From positions 62,001 to 126,000 of the forward strand of contig CM075992.1 in assembly GCA_038087875.1 (NCBI GenBank): 64,000 nt of DNA, read 5' to 3'. Shown piece after piece: positions 12,595 to 26,240 of the stretch; the stretch's first letter is position 1, and each line of letters opens with the position of its first letter. The translations under genes were made by a program, and so were the position numbers. The stretch is from Malacoraja senta (lineage: Eukaryota). Below the pieces are notes generated by a model. That model saw only the letters and a list, made by a program, of their open reading frames with translations. It did not search any database and was not told where the DNA came from.

Positions 12595-13980
12595 ACCTAC
12601 ATGTGGGCCTTATCACTCTAAACCTTTGTTATCCATGAACGTGACCACATGTGTTTTAAATATTGTTAAAGCAACTGCCTCAACAACTACTTCTGACAGC
12701 TCGTTCCATATACCCACCATCCACCATGTATTCCCCTCAGATTCCCAATTAATCTTTCCCCTCTGACCTTAAATCAATGCCCTCTAGTTCTTGATTCCCC
12801 TGCCCAGGGAAAAAGACTCTTTGTATTCACATTATCAATTTCCCTCATATTTTACTGCTCTATAAGATCACCCCTCAGCCTCCAGCTGAATGACTGGAGG
12901 TCATCCTACAGCAAGGTGACCATACGTCAACATAGTACTCCAAGTGTGGCCTCAACAACGTACAACCGTAATATAACGTTCCAATTTCTAGAACATGGAA
13001 CAGTACAGCAGGGAAAAAAAACCTTCGGCCCACAATGTCTGTGTCGAACATGATGTCAAAATCAATGCTGATCTGCCTGCACAACTAGGATTGTTTTCTC
13101 TGTAGCTGAGGCGATATCTAATAGAGGTTTAAAAGTATATAAAATTATGAGAGGCACAGCTAAGATAGACAGTCAGAACCTTATTCTCAGAGTGTAATTG
13201 TCAAATACTAGAGGGCATAGCTATGTCAGATGGACAAAGTTTAAAGATGTGCATGGCAAGTTATTTTATAGAGGGTGGTGGAGGTAGATCCGATGTGGCA
13301 ATTAGAAGGCTTGTAGATAGGCACATGGATATGGAGGGACATGGATCACATACAGGCTGAGTAGATTAGTTTAAGTAGCCATCATGGGCCAAAGTTCGAT
13401 GTTCTATTAACATATGGACGCAGAAGATAATTTGGAAGGCAAATGGTGCATTTTATCACAGGGCAGGAGTACAAAAGTAGGAAGGATTTGCTCCATGGGC
13501 ATTGCTGAGACCACATCTGGAGTACTGTGTCCAGTCCTCGTCTCCTAGACGTAGTTCCCTTGGAGGGGTTGCAGAGACATTCAGTAGATTAATTCTGGTC
13601 TGATGAGTCCAGAAATAATCTACTAAAAGTTGCTCCAGGGAACAATTGTTAGAAGCTGCTGGTTCTGTCTGAAGGTGAGAAGTGAATGAAACATAAGGAT
13701 AGGTACAAAATGATGCAACATTGTTGAGGAATTGAGAAGCAAGGCTCAGGACAAGTCAATACTTGGATGGAGATGAAGAAGTATTTCTTTTCTCGATGGT
13801 TTGTGAATCTTTGGAAATAAGGGTCACAGAAATCTGAAGGCTGTGTCTCTAAACTTGTTCAAGGTTTGAAAGGCACATCTTTGTACTCTGGGGAAGTCAA
13901 TATGAGGCAAAGTAGAACCGATTCCGAGAGTGGGTCAGGCACCCTCTTACTGAATGCAGAGGAGACTCGAGGGACTGTCA
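12595..13980. mobile_element. Cluster of decayed CR1 fragments on both strands
   Basis: LRPHLEYYV motif on the minus strand; gagaccacatctggagtactgtg on the plus strand; 3' UTR pieces. Confidence 0.7.
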
Positions 13981-15430
13981 ATCTGACTCCGGCAGTGTAG
14001 TGACATCTTCATCTTATCCAACGCAGCCACTTGCTAAGGCCAGGGTCATATTAGGATGCATCATGCTTGCAGGCCATTCAGCCCCACCATTTAGTGTGGG
14101 CTTTTAACTCCGTGACACCTTCCTCTCACCTCTCTTCACTTAGATCACCAATGCACAGAAGGCTATGGATTATATGATGGTAAATGCTACCAACATGGAT
14201 GGGTATGATGGTGCACACAGGCATTATGGGCAGAAGGGCCTGTTTCTGCGCTGCACGACTCTGTATCTTCAGTCACATGTTGATTTAGAGTGGCACAATT
14301 TAAAAAAAAAGTCATCATGTAATCAGACTGATCTTCTGAAATGAAATATTGAATCTTGTACAAAATGATCGAAGACCAGCACTGCACGCTGGTGCTTTGA
14401 CAAAGAGCAGATACACTGTATTCCCGGCTACAGTTTCCAGTGTGAGCTCAAGGTGAATAATTCTCTGCTGTGTATTGATTATTCCAGCTCAGAGGCTGAG
14501 ATCAGATCAGTTACATACCGCTGGGCCTTGCACTCATTCCAGCAGTGACTTAGCCATGCACACACTTACAGTTTACATGTTTACACTTCCTGCTCAAAAT
14601 GCCAGGGATCGATACTTGCAGATCAATGGGCGGTGGTTCAGTGGGCAGTACTTGCAGATCAGTGGGCACTCCTCGGCTGCAGTGCTCTGAAGCCTTTCAA
14701 AGCCTGGAGACAGCTGATGCTTGGGGTCACTCAAGGAATGTCTCTGTCCTTCAGAAAGGCATAAGAGTTCAACTTGACTTCTTTCTTGATTACTGTTGTG
14801 CAAAACACCATTCACTCCAGAACCGTGACTACAAGGTTCCCATAGCCTTGTTTTAAATTCCTAAGACACTCCCATTCTAACCTCTCTGTTCCTTTCTCCA
14901 CAAATGCTGCCTGACCAGTTGAGTATTTCCTATACTTATTTTTGCACAGTCTGTATATATCGATATTTGTTCATACAACTCAACAAATCAATTTAAGTAA
15001 CGACTTTACCAGCTACTGTAGGTTGCTGCCAACCAACCAAAAACACAATGCTCCTTATAATGTGTATTTCTAGACATTCCTGTACCACACGGGATATGAT
15101 GGGGCAGGGATTACATGGCTCAGCTTCCTTTAGCTCTGTCACTTCCCAGTAACTGAATAAAGCTGAGACAAAAGGATGAAGTGGCACATAGAACTCAGAT
15201 TTTCCAACTTTCAAAAGGCAAGAGCCGTCATAGGTCACTCACTCCATCAAGCCAGGCCCATCATTCAATACATTCCCAATGCTGTTCCTAGCATAAAGCT
15301 TTTCAGTCACAAGGAGAGGCTGGGCCTGTTCGCCTTGGAGCTGAGGAGGTTAAGAGATGACAAGATTGAAGTCTTTAAAATTATAAGTGGTATAAATAGT
15401 CTGCACCTTAGAAAACTCAGAGGCAGATTA

Positions 15431-16225
15431 CACTTTGGCGGCAAAAATAAGGGGGCAGATTATTATCTCAATGGGGTTAGGTTAGGCAAGGAGGGGGTTC
15501 AGCGAGACCTGGGCGTCCTTGTACACCAGTCACTGAAAGTTGGCGTGCAGGTACAGCAGGCAGTGAAGAAAGCTAATGGAATGTTGGCCTTCATAACAAG
15601 AGGATTTCAGTATAGGAGTAAAGAGGTTCTTCTGCAGTTGTATAGGGCTCTGGTGAGCACATCTGGAGTATTGTGTACAGTTTTGGTCTCCGAATTTGAG
15701 GATGGACATCCTTGTGATTGAGGCAGTGCAGCGTAGGTTCACGAGATGGATCCCAGGGATGGCGGGACTGTCATATGAGGAAAGATTGAAAAGACTAGGC
15801 TTGTATTCACTGGAGTTTAGAAGGATGAGGGGGATCTTATGGAAACATATAAAATTATAAAAGGACTGGACAAGCTAGATGCAGGAAAAAAATTCTCAAT
15901 GTTGGGCGAGTCCAGAACCAGGGGCCACAGTCTTAGAATAAAGGGGAAGCCATTTAAGACTGAGGTGAGAAAACGTTTTCACCCAGAGAATTGTGAATTT
16001 GTGGAATTCCCTGCCACAGAGGGCAGTGGAGGCCAAGTCACTGGATGGATTTAAGAGAGAGTTAGATAGAGCTCTAGGGGCTAGCGGAATCAAGGGATAT
16101 GGGGAGAAGGCAGGCATGAGTTATTGATTGGGGACGATCAGCCATGATCACAATGAATGGCGGTGCTGGCTTGAAGCGCCTAATGGCCTCCTCCTGCACC
16201 TATTTTCTATGTTTCTATGTTTCTA
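15431..16225 (+). mobile_element. Young CR1 3' fragment nested in an older CR1 (about 15300-16500)
   Basis: HFGGKNKGADYYLNG...QQAVKKANGMLAF; (tttctatg)n tail; host CR1 sequence resumes after 16226. Confidence 0.9.
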
Positions 16226-16657
16226 ACTGGGAGTCAAAGAATCAGGGTGAGGGGTATGAGGTTTAGTGGGGATTTGAGGGGGACCTTCTGCACCCAGGGA
16301 GAGCTAAGATGTGAATTACACCACTGGAGAGAGAGGTGGAAGTGGAGTCACTAACAGTATCTGGATGAGCTCGAATCCCCAGGTACTGAAGGCTACAGCC
16401 CAGGTGCTGGAAAATGAGATTAACACGGATGATACCCATTAGTCGGTATGCATGAGTTGGGCCGAATGGCCTGCATAATGTTGTGACCTTATGATTCTAT
16501 GGCTGATCTACCCCAGGCTTCACCTCTTCTCTGTCAGGTCCACACACCCTCAATCCAAAAATCAAGGGTGTTTTTTTGTCAAATGTCTCAGATAGAACAA
16601 TGACATTCTTACTTGCAGCAGCACAGAAGGTGTAAGCATAGTACACTGTAAGCAATA

Positions 16658-17101
16658 NNNNNNNNNNNNNNNNNNNNNNNNNNNNNNNNNNNNNNNNNNN
16701 NNNNNNNNNNNNNNNNNNNNNNNNNNNNNNNNNNNNNNNNNNNNNNNNNNNNNNNNNNNNNNNNNNNNNNNNNNNNNNNNNNNNNNNNNNNNNNNNNNNN
16801 NNNNNNNNNNNNNNNNNNNNNNNNNNNNNNNNNNNNNNNNNNNNNNNNNNNNNNNNNNNNNNNNNNNNNNNNNNNNNNNNNNNNNNNNNNNNNNNNNNNN
16901 NNNNNNNNNNNNNNNNNNNNNNNNNNNNNNNNNNNNNNNNNNNNNNNNNNNNNNNNNNNNNNNNNNNNNNNNNNNNNNNNNNNNNNNNNNNNNNNNNNNN
17001 NNNNNNNNNNNNNNNNNNNNNNNNNNNNNNNNNNNNNNNNNNNNNNNNNNNNNNNNNNNNNNNNNNNNNNNNNNNNNNNNNNNNNNNNNNNNNNNNNNNN
17101 N
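16658..17101. other. Assembly gap (N run)
   Basis: Run of N, flanked on the right by CA/TA-rich simple repeat. Confidence 1.
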
Positions 17102-18129
17102 CACACAGACATGTGTATACATATATATAATCACATACACACACACACACACATGTATACATATATATAATCACATACACACACACATACAGATCTGTAC
17201 ACTTAAAAAACAAACAATAATAGTGCAAAAAACAATCCCCTGATGTTTCAATAATTTATCTCACCTTCTTTTTAACTGTCAATGATTTTCTATTCCCAAA
17301 TGGACGTGAAATGTAATTAATTTTGTAACGAAAAAAGCAAAGCTTTCTTGATCATATTCAAAATTAAAGGGCATTTGAATTCCATCTGAAGGAGTAACAC
17401 ACACTGCGCCCACAACAATGCAGCAGCCTGCAGAAGATCAGTCTTTGCTTTCATAACTGAGCCACCGTGAGAGGCTGTTGGAGGAGACTGCAGCACTCAG
17501 GTATGTGACGGCCAGCTCACACATTGCCCAGTTACGAGGTAGACAGCGTCTGAAGCACATCACCTCTCTAGTGATTGAAAGGATAGCATATCGTATAAGA
17601 AAGGTCTCAAGGTGCAAGCCATGGTAGCTATTGGCTTCACACAGGAGCAGCAACAAGGTAATTTCTATTCAGTATTAAAGGCTACGAGGATGATGTCAGG
17701 ACATAATACTAGCCACAAATTACTACCTTTGCAGTCTTCTCTCCATATTGTGGAACCATCCTGTTTTTATCCCTGCCTTACCCATGAATGCAAGAAGTAA
17801 TAATTTTGCCAAGTAAAATCCAATGCAGATTGTTCTAATCTATAATTTACCGCATTCCCATGCAAACGCTTGTTTAAGTGAGTCACCATTCACCAGTACA
17901 AATACACTGAGTGAAAGTACAACAGAGTAAACCTGCACAGGTGGCTTGAATAATTCAGCTCATTCATTATTTAACATTTCTTGAGATATGAACAGAATGT
18001 TTCCATCACAGCCAATCCAACAGTCTTGATTTCCCTTGGCATTGAACTGTTTCGTAGCCAGATAACGGAGCAGGGTTTCATTCCCCTTGTTTGCTTTTAA
18101 TGTTCAAGAGCTTTGGAACTACAAGAATG

Positions 18130-18550
18130 TGACTGGTGGGTGTCCAGGGTAGCAATAGCTCTTCCAGGTTTGAGGGACTTCAGTTCTGTGGAGAGACAGT
18201 AGAAACTGCAGGTGTTCTCCTTGGAACAATGGAGGATGTGAGGACATCAGAAATATAGAGAAAGGGTTCATGTCAAGAACGAGAAGCGTGAAAGTGATGG
18301 GTAAAATAACCAAAACTAACATGACGCTGACCTTTCTGATGTAGTGATGACTAGGGATCTGGAATGTAATGTCAGTGGTAGCAATGGAGACAGATATAAT
18401 TGTAAGGTTCAAAATAAAGCTGTGTACAAATATGGAAGGTAAGATTTTGAGACAAGGTTATGAGGTGGTAGAAAGTGGTGTTAACTGGAATATTCTTCTA
18501 TGGAGCTAGCATGGACTTAATGGGCCCAGTGGCCTCCTCCAGTGCTGTAG
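18130..18550 (+). mobile_element. Old CR1 3' fragment
   Basis: Degenerate RT C-terminus and gggcccagtggcctcctcc tail. Confidence 0.55.
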
Positions 18551-18890
18551 CCAGTAAGTTAGTTATGCGGTGTGCTCCATGCAATCAGTATCTTCAGCTC
18601 CAAAGCTCTGGCTGCTGCCTCAATTTTCACTTCACAACTACACAGCATTACTAAACATTTGATTCTCTCAGTTTTCAGTGCAGCACCAAAGGAGACCCGT
18701 TGTGTCAGAGGTGTTCAGCTCCAGGGGAAAGATTCACTGGACGTCTTGTTTTTCCCTCTGATAGATGTGAAAGACCCCATGATGCTAATAGAAAAAGAAC
18801 ATGAGAGAAATCTTGCCCATATTTCACTCTCACTGCAAGATGCAAGATATATTCATCAGGTCAGGCAGCATCTGTGCAGACAGGAGCTAC

Positions 18891-19592
18891 CGTCATCATC
18901 ATCTGCGGTCACTCGAAACGAGTATGACTGTCTTCTCCTCTCCGTCTATTTGTGGGTCTGCAGATGTCTGTGGAGGCCGATCCGCGATCCACACACCTTG
19001 GTGCAACGTGGGCAGTGGAGACTGGCGGTGGTTGGTAGTCGTCGAGCCCCCTTCTCTCTCTCCTTATTGTGCTGTCGCTTTGTCTCTGCCACACGGCGTA
19101 GTTCTGTTTCGTGATGTGCAGCTCCTTCCAGCACGGATTTCCTCCAGGAGCGCCTGTCCAGTGCAGTGTGCTCCCAGTTGCTCGATGTGATGTGGAATTT
19201 CTTCAGACTTCTTGATGTTGTCCTTGAAGCGTTTCTTTGGCCCGCTGGAGGCTCACCGACCTTCCTTCAATTGAGAGTACAGGATTTGTTTAGGGAGATG
19301 TGTGTTGGACATGTGGATGACATGGACAGTCCATCGAAGTTGGTGCTGCATTATTGTGGTGGTGATGATGGTCATGTTGGCCTCCTCCAAAACGCTGATG
19401 TTGGTGCGTTTGTCCTCCCAGCTGATCCTCATAATCTTTTGTAAGGATCTTTGATGGTATTGTTCCAGGGCTCTCAGGTGCCTGCTGTAGGTGGTCTATG
19501 ACTTGGCTCCATACAACAGGGTGGAGAGGATAACGGCTCCGTAGACCAGCAGTTTTGTTGAGCATTTAGGTCTCTCAGTTTTCAAAGACACT
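18891..19592 (-). mobile_element. RTE-clade (BovB-like) LINE 3' fragment
   Basis: C-terminal CPRCTKVCGSRIGLHRHLQTH motif; (GAT)n tail; 69-bp direct repeat flanks at 18822-18890 and 19593-19661. Confidence 0.88.
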
Positions 19593-19913
19593 TTTCACTT
19601 TCACAGCAAGATACAAGATATATTCATCAGGTCTGGCAGCATCCATGCAGACAGGAGCTACATCAGTGAACAGAAACATTCATTTTGTTTTTTCCAACAT
19701 TTTCTGTTTTATTTCAGATTTTGTTTTTTAAGCTTTGCTTTTTTAAGCTCACCATTTATGGGATCTTGACTGTGCAGAATAGTCACAGAAATATGCAGCA
19801 TGGAAATCAGGCTCACCTGTCATGCACGCCTTTACACAAATCCAATTTTAGTCTCCCCACATTCCCATGAACTCTTCCCTGATTGCACTCCTCACCGCAC
19901 ACTAGGGGCAACT

Positions 19914-20104
19914 CCTGTGATATTTCAGTTATTTCTTTTTAATTTGCAAAAATTTCTAAACACGTGTTTTCGCTTTTTTATTAATGGGATATTGTGTGTG
20001 GATTGATGTTAAAAAAATATAATTTAATCCATCTCAGAATAAAGGCTGCAATGTAACAAAATGTGGATAAAGTGAAGGGGTCTGAATACTTACTGAATGC
20101 ACTG
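19914..20104. mobile_element. Isolated Tc1-type terminal inverted repeat (second family)
   Basis: Ends aaatgtggataaagtgaaggggtctgaatacttactgaatgcactg+TA, paralleling the Tc1 end at 57980-58026. Confidence 0.75.
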
Positions 20105-20106
20105 TA

Positions 20107-20936
20107 ATTCTCCAAATTTCCGCCACCTCCAATGGGATCCCACCACCAGCCACATTTTGCATTCTCCTCCCCTTTCCACCTTCCGCAGAGTCGTTCCCTC
20201 CGCAACTCCCTGGTTAACTCATCCCTACCCACACAAACCACCCCCTCCCCCTGTACCTTCCCCTGCAACCGCAGAAGATGCAACACCTGTCACTATATCT
20301 CGACTCTGCCCAGGGACCTTGACAGTCCTTTCAAGTTAGGCAGAGGTTCACTTGCACCTCCTCCAACATCATCGACTGTATCCGTTGTTCAGGATGTGGA
20401 CTCTTATACATCAGTGAGGCCAGATGCAGACTGGGCGATTGTTTTGCGGAACACCTTCGCTTAGCCCGCGTGAACTAACCTGGTCTCCCGGTTGCTGGAC
20501 ACTTTAATTCTCCTTCCCATTCCCACACTACCCTCTCTGTCCTCGGTCTCCTCCATTGTCAGAGTGAGGCTAAACACAAATTGGAGGAACAGCATCTCAT
20601 ATTTCGCTTGGGCAGCTTACAGCCCAGTGGTATGAATAGTGATTTCTCTCTCTTCAGGTAGCCCCGACATTCCCTCTCTCTCTCTCCATCCCTCCCCCAC
20701 CCAAGTCACACTAGCTTCCCATTTTCACCCTTCAAACAACTTACAATTGCTGATTCCTTTATCATCGTTACTTTTTTGCATATCTTTCATTCATTGCTCT
20801 TTATCTCTCCACATCACTGTCTATTTCCGTTATCCCTAACGTCTGAAGAAGGGCCTCAACCCAAAACATCACCTATTCCTTCTCTCCAGAAATGCTGCCT
20901 GTCCCGCTGAGTTACTCCAGCTTTTTGTGTCTATCT
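20107..20936 (+). mobile_element. Penelope-like element 3' fragment (decayed GIY-YIG region plus terminal unit)
   Basis: TFPCNRRRCNTC, QRFTCTSSN and FAEHLR-like motifs; homologous to 53653-54190; hammerhead core with GAAAC changed to AAAAC at about 20863. Confidence 0.88.
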
Positions 20937-21791
20937 ACTGCTAATCTTCAGTCATCCGCTAACTTCAGACAAAATGTGGAGGCTACAGAAAATGTGAAGC
21001 TGTGGAGATCTCAAGGAGCACACAGCACCATTGAGAAAAACACCATTTAATGTGGACCCTGACACACGACCTCAGTTGAGAGCTCCGGAGATGTGAAGCA
21101 GAGATTCACAGGATGTTCCCATGGATGTGACCTGCCCCGACCAAGTGTCACCGATGGTGTTGGGACTCGGACAGACAGTTGGAGCCTAAGGACTAGGGTG
21201 AGGGTATTAACTGTGTTGATGCAAAGAAGGCTGTGCTTGTATCAGGATCTAAGGTGCCTTTTGTTTGCCTTAAAAATATAAACCAGCTGGGTAAAACACA
21301 CAAAGGGTATTGGTCAAAGTGCTCAGATGGAGTAGGAGGAACAAAGTATATAAATCAGCACTAGCATTGCCACGGCAGAGATGGCCATGTCCAAGTGTTT
21401 GTAAATGGTTCCGTTTAGTTTATCGTCATGTGTTCCGAGGTACAGTGAAAAGCCTAACTCCAATGATTGGCATTAGTATGGATAGATATCTGGTGGATAC
21501 CATGGGCTGAAGAGTCTGTTTCTGTGCTATAAGACTCTATAAGTCTATAAGTTGGAGCTTTTTTAAATTTTCAAAAATAAACTATTCAGAATAAAAACGC
21601 CCGTACAAATCAAAACCTGTGCAAAAACGCTTCATTCATCCTGTGTCTGTACATTCAAGGCGATGACTTGTGGCTACTAATCTCCAAATAATGACTGAAG
21701 CTGCAGCAGATGCAGGTCAAGAGTGTTTAAATGTCACATCTACCAAAACAGAACAATAAAATTCTTAATTTCAGCAGCACAAAGTACTCCA

Positions 21792-21889
21792 GTCTGAAGA
21801 AGGGTCTCGACCAGAAACGTCATCTATTCCTTCTCGCCAGAGATGCTGCCTGTCCCGTTGAGTTACTCCAGCATTTTGTGTCTCTCTAC
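21792..21889 (+). mobile_element. Short Penelope-derived insert with hammerhead motif
   Basis: CTGAAGA at 21794-21800, ggt-ctcg-acc, GAAACGTC; 9-bp TSD agtactcca at 21783-21791 and 21890-21898. Confidence 0.85.
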
Positions 21890-22562
21890 AGTACTCCAAT
21901 AGATCTCTGACCAGAGCAGGTTCATTTCACCTGCATTGTGCGGTGAGTGGGGATAGTGACACAGGTCTGTGCATGAAAACTGTCCCAACAATCAGGAGCA
22001 ACAGGTTCTGGAGAATTACTCTGCCAGCTGCATTCTGAACATAGCATCATAATAGTCAAGCAATAACAATAATTTAAATAAGGAAGATATTAAGAATGCA
22101 ATGATTCAATTAGTGCATTAGCCAAGAAAGAGTTAACTTAGTTTGGGTTAGCCTTGTTTTGAGCTGGATTTGATGATGAAAGTCTCTGGAGCCTTTATGA
22201 TGGCGTGTGTCGTCTAACTGGGCTAAAACTGTTCCGAGACACCAATAAGAATTTTTAAGCATTTCCTAATCATAATGACTGTAAATGCACACCACAGGCA
22301 TGGCCACGATACAAACACTTGCTCTTTATTTTTAGACTATAAACCAAGGCAACTGCAAGAATATCTCTGACATCTGCTTCTAGCTTTCGGCCTGAAGCTA
22401 TGAATTTTAATGAGAACTCGCTTGGGATGAAAAGCAAGAAGTATCTTCTGACGGGTTCTCTGAGATAAGACAGCTAGTGCTAAAGGAAGATTAAAGCTTT
22501 TGTCTTGTGCTGTTCACTATGGCTGTTCTGTGAAGGTTATCTCACAGATTTCCACAGTTTTC

Positions 22563-22564
22563 TG

Positions 22565-22606
<42 letters not shown>

Positions 22607-22607
22607 C
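22563..22607. repeat. (TC)n microsatellite
   Basis: Directly visible. Confidence 0.95.
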
Positions 22608-23694
22608 TTGCTACTTCATTGAAATAGATTCAGTTTCAATTCCCATTTCCTTGGTCTATTGCCCCTTTCATATCAATTAACAAATCAATCAAGTTTAACC
22701 TTTAGAAAAATCTGTAGCAGTGCAAGGAAAGGTTGAAGTGTTCTCTGTTGCTTCAGTCTGTGGCTGCTCTCCAGTGTCGCAGATGCAGCTCATGAGGGTC
22801 TTGAGTTCAAATCCAACCATGCAGTTGGAGGATCAAAGACAAAATTGTTGCCAACCTTTCCTTTGTACGCATGCACCATGTGAGCCTCACTGGAAATGCT
22901 TCATTCCTACCTGACGTGGTGGGTCAGAGAGTCACACAGCATGGAAACAGGCCCTTCAGCCCACTGTGTCATGCAATCAACCCCAATCTCATTGTTCCTC
23001 TTGCATCTTCATCAACTTCTAACCTCCACCTCCCATCCCCAACATTCTTCTACTACCCAGATGACATTTCAGATCAGGATCCTTCTTCAGACAGTGTTGT
23101 GCTTGGCCTGCTGAGTTTCTCCAGCAGTTTACTTTCCCCAAGATTCTGCAGTTTTAGAAGAAGGCTTCAGAATAAGAGGTCTGAAATGTGAAATTTGTTA
23201 TAACCTTTGGTTTACTCAGCATGAAAAAACTGTAAAAAACATTAATTTCACCCAATGCCGAAATGGATTCACAGGGACAGGGGCGGCAGTCTTATTGGAA
23301 AGACACAAGAGAATGGAGCCGAGGCGAATACCAGATCAAATGTGACTTTGTTGAATGTAGTACAAGCTTGTGGGGGCGAATGGCCTAATCTAATCATGGT
23401 GACAGTAATTCCTCCCAACATCCTTTCCATTAGACGGAAACATATTTTCATTGTCCTTGCAGCATCGAGTGGCTTGACTTTCAAGGGTGGATCATGGATA
23501 TTCTTCCGAGACTTTGGAAAGAATGTGAACATCTGCTCTGATGAATACAATTCATACTCAATGCTCATATTCTATACTCAGATCTCTAAACTCCTGCATA
23601 TTAAACATGCAGATCAGTTTATTAAAATATTCAGCAGCCTCGATGAAAATAGCTCACAGTGGGAGTACATGCCCATTACATGGCCTCTGCTTTA

Positions 23695-24290
23695 GCTCAT
23701 AAGTGATAGGATCAGAATTTGGCCATTTGGCTCATCAAGTCTACTCCGTCAGTCAATCATGGCTGCTCTATCTTTCTCTCTCAACCCCATTCTCCTGCCT
23801 TTTCCCCATACACCTGTACTAATCAAGAATCTATCTATCACTGACTCAAAAAGTAGTTCGTCGGCAGCTGCAAATGCGGGAGGTTCAGCCCCCGACCGCG
23901 GGTGAACAAATGGTGGAAGATGATTGAACTTTATTGCCTTCCATCACAGTGAGGAATGGTGAATTTTTATGTTAAATTTAATTTTATGTGGCTGAATTGT
24001 GTATTGTTTTTTTCACTTCGTATGGATGTATGGTAACTCAAATTACACTGTACCTTAATTAGTACATGTGACAATTAAATTGAATCTTGAATCTTGAAAA
24101 ATATTCATTAACGGCCTCCACAGCTGTCTGTGGCAATGAATTCCACGGATTCATCATCCTCTGACTAAAGAAATTCCTCCTCATGTCCATCCTAAAGGAA
24201 CATTCTTTATTTATGAGGATATGACCTCTGGTCCTAGACTCTCCCACCAGTGGAAACATCCTCGCCACATCCACTCTATCCAGGCCTTAC
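23695..24290 (-). mobile_element. CR1 3' fragment interrupted by a plus-strand insert at about 23855-24096
   Basis: MFPLVGESRTRGH...FFSQRMMNPWNSLP on the minus strand; the insert is the 3' part of the element at 26859-27535. Confidence 0.8.
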
Positions 24291-25825
24291 ACTAGTGGGT
24301 AAGTCCTGTAACTCCACTCATTGCTGCTCTGAGTTTGTATCTTTTGAGGCCAACATTCAGATTAAGCAAGCCCTCAATTACTCACTTGATGGCACTTCAT
24401 CCTCCATCTGCAAGTGGGGTAGACATGTGGGAATATCACAGCTCAATGGCTGCAATTTGAACCATTAACAAAATACATTGCAGGTTACTCTGCCAGCAAC
24501 CCTCAAACCCATAACATCTACCACCAAAGGCAGGCAGTGTGGACAAGCATGTGGGAATACCACCATTTGCAGTTTCTCCCTCAAGTTGCACACCAACCTG
24601 ACTTGAAAGTAAATCACTTCACTGATTGAGTGATCTTATTGGAATGTAAGAACCTGAGAAACAATGACTAGAGAAGACCCAAGTGCAGAGAGAACACAAG
24701 AGTCGGGAGTAAGTTACAATCAAAAGAACTTTACTAGAATCATGGTTAAGTTAACAGGCCACAAGACCAAATAAAAAAATACACAGTATGAGATCAGGCC
24801 AAAAGGCCAGCAAAGACCCCACTAGTGAAGGGCAGTACATGGCTCAGCATAAGTGAGTTCAAGACTGAGCAAGGAGGCAAAGGTCAGAGAGCTGTGGCTC
24901 TCTCCTCTCTGTGGCATGGTGCCCTGTGGGGACTGGGGCTCCTTACTCAGAGCAGCAACACATTTTCAGGGTACTCTCCCCACTGGTGATTGGTCTCACC
25001 CACATCCCTTTGGTGTATCATGGAGTCAGATTCACCAATGACACACCGCAACCAAACACTGGAGTGCCTGAGGCAGTACATCCATTCTAAGCACAGAACT
25101 GTTTGTGTCCTTCTGAATGGAAACTGAAAGATGCAGCAGGGGTTCTCATGAAATCAATTGTACAATAAGAAAGAATAGATAATAAGAGGATTAAAAGGCA
25201 GCTTAAAATATATTGGAATGTGATACCTATCACAAGTTTGATCCCTTTTCATTACCTTAGCAATACCACGTTCATCTCAAAATATCTCCCTTGATGTCAA
25301 ATTATCAACAAATCATAGCTCCATGATTTGTCACATTTTGTTTCCTTACAACATAGGAGGCCATTTGGCTCATTGGTTTGGAGCTAGTTCTTGGAGCAAG
25401 GCCATCAACACTCCCCCACTTATTTTCAAGTAACTTGTTCTCTCCCCACATACAAAAATAAGACATCCTGTGCAAACAGATTAGAATTTGTGATTTTCAG
25501 ACACCAAGTAAATCTACTTTCCATCTGAGACCAGTAGAAACTAATACATGACTCTGACCATCTAGAGATGATGGCAGCTGAAGTTTATTATTCCTTGCTC
25601 TTCGTCAACAAGTCATTTCGAATCGTACAGCATGAACGCAGGTCTCCTTGGATAGGATGACCAAATCAAATCTAGCTTCCGATCCGGTGAGAAGTTAAAC
25701 CACTTGTTGACTTGCCAGTGACTATCTAAGCCATTATGGCACTGCTTGTAAGCGGTAAATGGGAGAAAGTTGATGTCCTGGTCAGCATTTCCATCCCTCC
25801 CAAACAACATATGATCCTTAATACG

Positions 25826-26240
25826 TGGAACACAGAACAGTACAACACAGGAACAGCTCTTTGGCCCACAATGTTTGTGCCAAACATGATGCCAACATGT
25901 ATCCACCTGCACATAATTTCTATCTCTCCATTCCCTGCATATCCAAGTGCCTATCTAAAAGTCTCTTAAATGCCACTATCATATTTGCCCACCACCCCTG
26001 ACAGCGTGTTCTGGGCACTCAACACCCTCCCATGGTCTGAAGAAGGGTTTCGGCCCGAAACGTTACCTATTTCCTTCGCTCCATAGATGCTGCTGCACCC
26101 GCTGAGTTTCTCCAGCATTTTTGTGTACCCTCCCATACAGCTCCTTTAAACTTTGCCCATTCACCTTAAAGTTATGCCTTCTAGTATTTGATATTTCTAT
26201 CCTTGGAAAAAGGTTCTGACTGTCTACCCCATCAATGCTT
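25826..26240 (-). mobile_element. CR1 3' UTR fragment hosting a Penelope-derived insert
   Basis: gaacacagaacagtacaacacaggaacag tail; host sequence continues across the insert. Confidence 0.7.
26034..26126 (+). mobile_element. 93-nt Penelope-derived insert with hammerhead motif
   Basis: 10-bp TSD accctcccat at 26024-26033 and 26127-26136; one mismatch to 54099-54190. Confidence 0.9.

Noticed and set aside
23255-23695. 146-aa ORF and other unassigned ORFs (for example 1386-1751, 35305-35706)
   Set aside because: No recognisable domain or exon structure; some begin in decayed repeats
24645-25043. Possible solo LTR (tgtaag...tgaca) inside an old LINE tail
   Set aside because: No matching TSD and no second copy in the window
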